A DNA stretch of 63,907 nt, the filler included, from Octopus bimaculoides (lineage: Eukaryota): assembly GCF_001194135.2 (NCBI RefSeq). It is 5 parts of 4 records of this genome, joined end to end, with 100 filler letters (N's around TTAATTAATTAA, not from the genome) between each part and the next. Parts side by side here need not be neighbours in the genome. Positions count along the whole stretch, not along the records: positions 55,243 to 63,907 come from NC_069004.1; 4 more parts are not named here. One strand, given 5' to 3'. The notes beneath the pieces are model-generated. The model was not told the origin of the DNA. It ran no database searches and was given only the letters and a program-made list of their open reading frames with translations. Shown piece by piece: positions 59,239-63,907 of the stretch; the stretch's first letter is position 1, and each line of letters starts with the position of its first letter. A program made the translations under genes and the position numbers.

Positions 59239-59405
59239 GGTGCAGGAGTGGCTGTGTGGTAAGTAGTTTGCTTACCAACCACATGGTTCCGGGTTCAGTC
59301 CCACTGCGTGGCACCTTGGGGCAAGTGTCTTCTACTATAGCCTCGGGCTGACCAAAGCCTTGTGAGTGGATTTGGTAGACGGAAACTGAAAGAAGCCTGT
59401 CGTAT
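59239..59405 (+). mobile_element. SINE family A 5' half ending in (TA)n
   Basis: GGTGCAGGAGTGGCTGTGTGGTAAG...GGAAACTGAAAGAAGCCTGTCG. Confidence 0.88.
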
Positions 59406-59972
59406 ATATGTATGTATATATATATATATATATATGTGTGTATATATATATATATATGGTGTATATTCTAGTGTGTGTATATATATATATATATATATAA
59501 ACAAAATTTATGTAAGATGCTGTATTATGGAATCATGAGAACCTTCGTGAAGTGACCACTTGGCTTTTAAATCATAAACATGCATATATATGTGTATACA
59601 TAAGATAAACTACTTACAGTATATACCTATAAGATAAACAATATTTAAGAGACAAACATTCCAACTATGCCACCCACCAGTCATTTTCATAACTGCAACG
59701 AATATTTTGTAACTCAGTTGTGTGTGGATTGATGAATGTAGAATTTTTTTTTTGCTAGAAATAGAAGCTCAAGAATGATTTTAATTATAGGTCAGCTTAC
59801 TTGAAGCATAACAACAACAACAACAGCAAGATGCTATTAAAAGCTTTCAACATCAAAATAGACAAGTTACACACAGGTGTGCAGGTAGAATTTGGTTTTG
59901 AACATTACAAAATTCTTCTGTTGCTAAGAGTGAGTATATCTCTGTTTTGATAAGGTTTTATGTGTGTATGAA

Positions 59973-60275
59973 GGTGGATGGCTCAGTGGCTAGAGCATTG
60001 GGCTTACAATTGCGAGGTTGTGAGTTCAATTCTCAGACCAGGCTGTGTATTGTGTTCTTGAGCAAGACCCTTTATTTCATATTGTGCCAGTTAAACTCAG
60101 CTGCAGAAATATGTGACATCACTGATATCAAGCTGTATCAGCCTTTGCCTTTCCCTTGGATAACATCAGTGGTGTGGAGAGGGGAGACTGGTATGCATGG
60201 ACGACTGCTGGTCTTCCATAAACAAACTTGCCCGGACTTGTACCATTAAGGAGAACTTTCTAAGTGCAATCTCCA
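59973..60275 (+). mobile_element. tRNA-headed SINE (fourth family)
   Basis: A box GGCTCAGTGG, B box GAGTTCAATTC, then TGTGTTCTTGAGCAAGAC. Confidence 0.7.
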
Positions 60276-60284
60276 AAGGGGGTC

Positions 60285-60347
<63 letters not shown>

Positions 60348-60354
60348 CTTCCAG

Positions 60355-60440
60355 GTTTGGTCCCTCATGCCATAAAATCACTGGACATGAAGTATCTTGA
60401 CAGCATTCATCAAAATATGTCTTTGGTTGGCTACTTTGAG
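60355..60440 (+). other. Candidate coding exon of an unidentified gene: GLVPHAIKSLDMKYLDSIHQNMSLVGYFE
   Basis: ttacttccag| acceptor and GAG|GTAAAA donor, open in phase 1 to 0. No family recognised. Confidence 0.3.
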
Positions 60441-61028
60441 GTAAAACATGCACACAATAGTTTAAGCCAGTTTGAGAATCTCCAGGAATAACTAGATATC
60501 CTGACATTGACATGCTCTTGAATTTGGGACATTTACTGGCACCAGATATCTTACCCGGTTTCTTTGGATCATTCCAGTTGGATGAAGAACGTCTGTGAGA
60601 TAACATGCAAGTCATATTGGACTTTAAAATTATGCTGGGTGTTGGTGACATCGCATATTATTTATGTATGTGCATGTTGCTGGTGTTGTTGTACCCCCAT
60701 CGATTGATTGGTGGGGAGTGGTTGACAAAAACACAAATTTTCTGCACTATACTTCTTTGTGTGAATATGTAAGACATGCACACATATACACTTAAAGTGG
60801 CCAATAACATCTATTTGGTGGGAAAGCTGCCATTTCAGAGTCACTTCATTTCTGTACATGCACTATACAACTGGAAGGAAGTATGAATAGACAACAAATA
60901 ATTTTAATGTATATCCTCATATATATAGAGAGAGAGTGTCATTAAAAAGTGCTTTACAAATAGTTGGTTCAAGGTTCACTCATAATACACTTGTGTAAAA
61001 TCGTTTCCTCAAAACCTTAGGTTAAACC

Positions 61029-61067
<39 letters not shown>

Positions 61068-62481
61068 TGGAATGAAGAATTGGTACATCACGCTAAAATA
61101 CTATGTGATATTTTGATAATTCGGTCACTATACACTGATATAAACCTTATCTTCCCCACTTATGAGGTTCATAAAATTAGTACCAGGTTCAATTTATAAG
61201 TAATTATCATTTGCAGTATACCTTAAAAATCCATTTGCAGTATACCTTAATTTGACAACACATTGCTTCCTCTCTCTTACCTCTACCTTTCTCTGAGCTT
61301 TTATGAACAATACAATAATACTAATTATAAGCAGACATTTCTATAACCTGTATTAGCAATGTTTGAAGTTGTGTTTTTCTATAAGGAACTAGATAAAATG
61401 CTGATAAAACACCCAAGGCTGGTGATATGGAGACTGTTGATGTTTAGCTTGAAATGTGTGTGGTTCTTGTTGCTTTTACACATGTTTATTGTACATCTGT
61501 TGTTTTCGTAATTGTAGCATTGTTAGTTTAATATGAATTATGTTTGGTTGAAATCTCACAGGGTTTGATAGTGTGGTGGTGGTTTTCTACAATATATACT
61601 GGAATTGAATTTTGTAGATACTAGTCATAAACTGGGGCCAATTCACTAGCCTACTGTCATAAAAAAAGATCAGCTCGGTAGATTACATTCTTTCCAAACA
61701 GATTTTGTGCCAAATGTTTAAATTATTCTCAGTGCTTCTCCTTTTCTACAATGGCTACAGATGGAGCCACCATCTTCTCTTGTCTCATTAAATTATGAAA
61801 GATGATAAAAAAATATTCTTTAGGTTTACTTCAATTTTTTCTTTCTTTGTTTTGGCATTTTAATGGTGATGCTCCAACATGACCAAAGTCTCTGGCTGAA
61901 ACTGATAATAGAATAATGACTCTTTGAAAATTATATTTAAAAATAATTAAAATATCACTATTAATGATATAAATAGTTATGACATTAATAATCACGTTAA
62001 CTTGTAAAATTTCTTCTATATGACAATATTCAATCATATACTATTGTCTTTCTACATGGTTCTGGTTTCCCATTCTGTTACCTTTTTCTTTCTTTTTTTT
62101 TTTTTATAAAACAAGTTGCTTATTTCTCTTCTTCAAACAGACAAATAAGATATTTGTTCTTCAAAAACTTACCCAAAATAAATTTTTGGCCATCTAAGAA
62201 ATTTATCATTTGAATACGGAGTGGGATAATTTGCATTTGGTCTTCTGAATTCTCAAGTTGTGTTTTATTTTCTCTCTTCAAAATATTGATCCACACACAC
62301 ACACACACACACATGTAAATTAACAATTAGTCATAAGAAGCACTTATTTCAGGATTTATTTCATTTCAAATTAGTGCTTCTGATACATAATGCCAAACAC
62401 ATGTATTTACATGTACACATGTAGCTCAAATTACAAGAAAGATATTCTCTATAGCCCTTTTATTATCATATTTCTATTGTA

Positions 62482-62925
62482 TTAGGTTGAGGAATAATTC
62501 AGGAGCATTTTTCTCAAATTTATTTTAAACAAAAGACTACAACAAATCAATCAATAATATACTCTCCATTGTTGTTTACGACTTTCTGCCATCATTCAAT
62601 AAGTTTTCCGATGCCTCGGCAATAGAAATCTCCTGGTCTTGGGTCAAAGAATTTGCCCAACCAAGCCCTCAATTCCACATCATTATTGAATGATATACCA
62701 CACAAACCATTCAAAAGTGGTTGAAAGAGATGAAAAGCTGATAGCATCAAGTCTGGAGAGTATGGAGGTATGGAAGATGAGGCAGCACTTCCTATTCGAG
62801 TTCTTGAATCATAACTTGAATTGGCAATGTGAGGATGGGTGTTGTCGTGTTGCAGCAGAATGTCATTTTGCCTATTCGGTCTTTTTTGCTGAATTGTTTT
62901 GCTGGACATAGAGCTCCACATTGAG
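62482..62925 (-). mobile_element. Mariner transposon 3' remnant
   Basis: LQHDNTHPH...PPYSPDL...FHLF...RGIGKLIE...NNGEYIID. The TIR TA-TTAGGTTGAGGAATAATT starts at 62482. Confidence 0.85.
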
Positions 62926-63098
62926 TGAATATATATATATATATATATGTGTATATACATATGTATGTATATATTTACATATATATATCTATATATTTAA
63001 ATATATATATATATATGTACGTATATATTTAAATATATATATATATATATATATATTGATTGATTGACTGAAAACATGACATTGTTCTGCTTTTAACA

Positions 63099-63129
<31 letters not shown>

Positions 63130-63409
63130 TATTATTATTATTAATGGATGAGCGTAGGAGTCAGATTTTGATTCAGTCTCTTACAAATTTCAAACAAACT
63201 GCAAAAGACTTAGAATATGGCAAAGTTCAAACACGTACAGAGTCCATGTTTTCCAGATCCAACACACACATACCTACACGCATACATACACACGCATACA
63301 TACACACGCATGCACATGTATACAGTTAACAAAAGAACTGATTTTTCAACAGTTTCTCCAGTAGCAAACAACTGGTAAGAATTCAACCAGCTCACTGCCA
63401 AAGCAGCAG

Positions 63410-63630
63410 CCTGGCAGAATTATTGCCAGACTGACAAAATGCTTAGCACCATTTTGTCTCTCTTTATGTTCAAAGTTCAGATTCCATGAAGGTTGATTTT
63501 TACCTTTCATCCTTTCGGGTCAATAAAATAATTATCAGTTAAGTACTGGGAGGTCAAGGTAATTGACTACATCTCCCTGCTTCTCCAATATTTCAGGCCT
63601 TATGCCTATAATAGAAAGGATTGTTATTAT
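63410..63630 (+). mobile_element. SINE family B with ATT tail
   Basis: CTGGCAGAAT...AAATGCTTAGC...TTTCATCCTTTCGGGTCAATAAAATAA. Confidence 0.75.
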
Positions 63631-63865
63631 TATTATTAATTTACATATACATACATACATACGTATATATTGTAAATTTAATTTCTATATGAAAACTTAA
63701 ACTGAACCAATTTTTCCAGATGGAGAATGCCTATGGTTTTGTATGATAGCCATGTATTATATACATATGTGTGTGTGTGTATATATATGTCGCTTATATT
63801 ATTATTATTGAAGATCATCAACTTTACCACATAGCACCTAACTGCGAAAGCACTGTATGTGTATG

Positions 63866-63907
<42 letters not shown>

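Noticed and set aside
1-63907. Most ORF-track entries ([16 protein letters not shown], poly-X)
   Set aside because: They are translations of microsatellites, N gaps or SINE sequence, with no domain content.
1-63907. CRISPR array, rRNA or operon structure
   Set aside because: No repeat-spacer array or rRNA-like sequence. The DNA is eukaryotic with spliceosomal introns.

Overview
AT-rich, microsatellite-dense eukaryotic (animal) DNA with many N gaps. The SINE families resemble those I recall from Octopus genomes, so a coleoid cephalopod is the likely source (inference). There are no prokaryotic features and no CRISPR array. The one well-supported host gene is a + strand array of seven EGF-like exons between 6671 and 15077. 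Each exon is exactly 111 nt, symmetric phase 1-1, bounded by AG/GT and stop-free when spliced; the ORF track shows only exon 7. The gene's 5' and 3' exons could not be placed. The rest of the window is transposon debris: a near-complete decayed Tc1 (DD34E), mariner remnants, two R4/Dong-type (RLE) LINE copies both embedded in (CATA)n, a CR1/L2-like LINE with a CCCH-finger ORF1, RTE, L1, Penelope and Helitron fossils, several tRNA-headed SINE families, MITEs and an 860-bp palindrome. The most notable signals are four: (1) a minimal type I hammerhead-ribozyme motif inside a tRNA-headed SINE-like element, present as an inverted pair flanked by a 12-bp direct repeat, with two further degenerate hammerhead-like motifs elsewhere; (2) apparent (CATA)n targeting by the R4/Dong LINE; (3) a 3' tail shared between a SINE and a LINE; (4) the modular EGF exon array surrounded by inverted SINEs. 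All alignments and translations were done by eye, and repeat boundaries are approximate.
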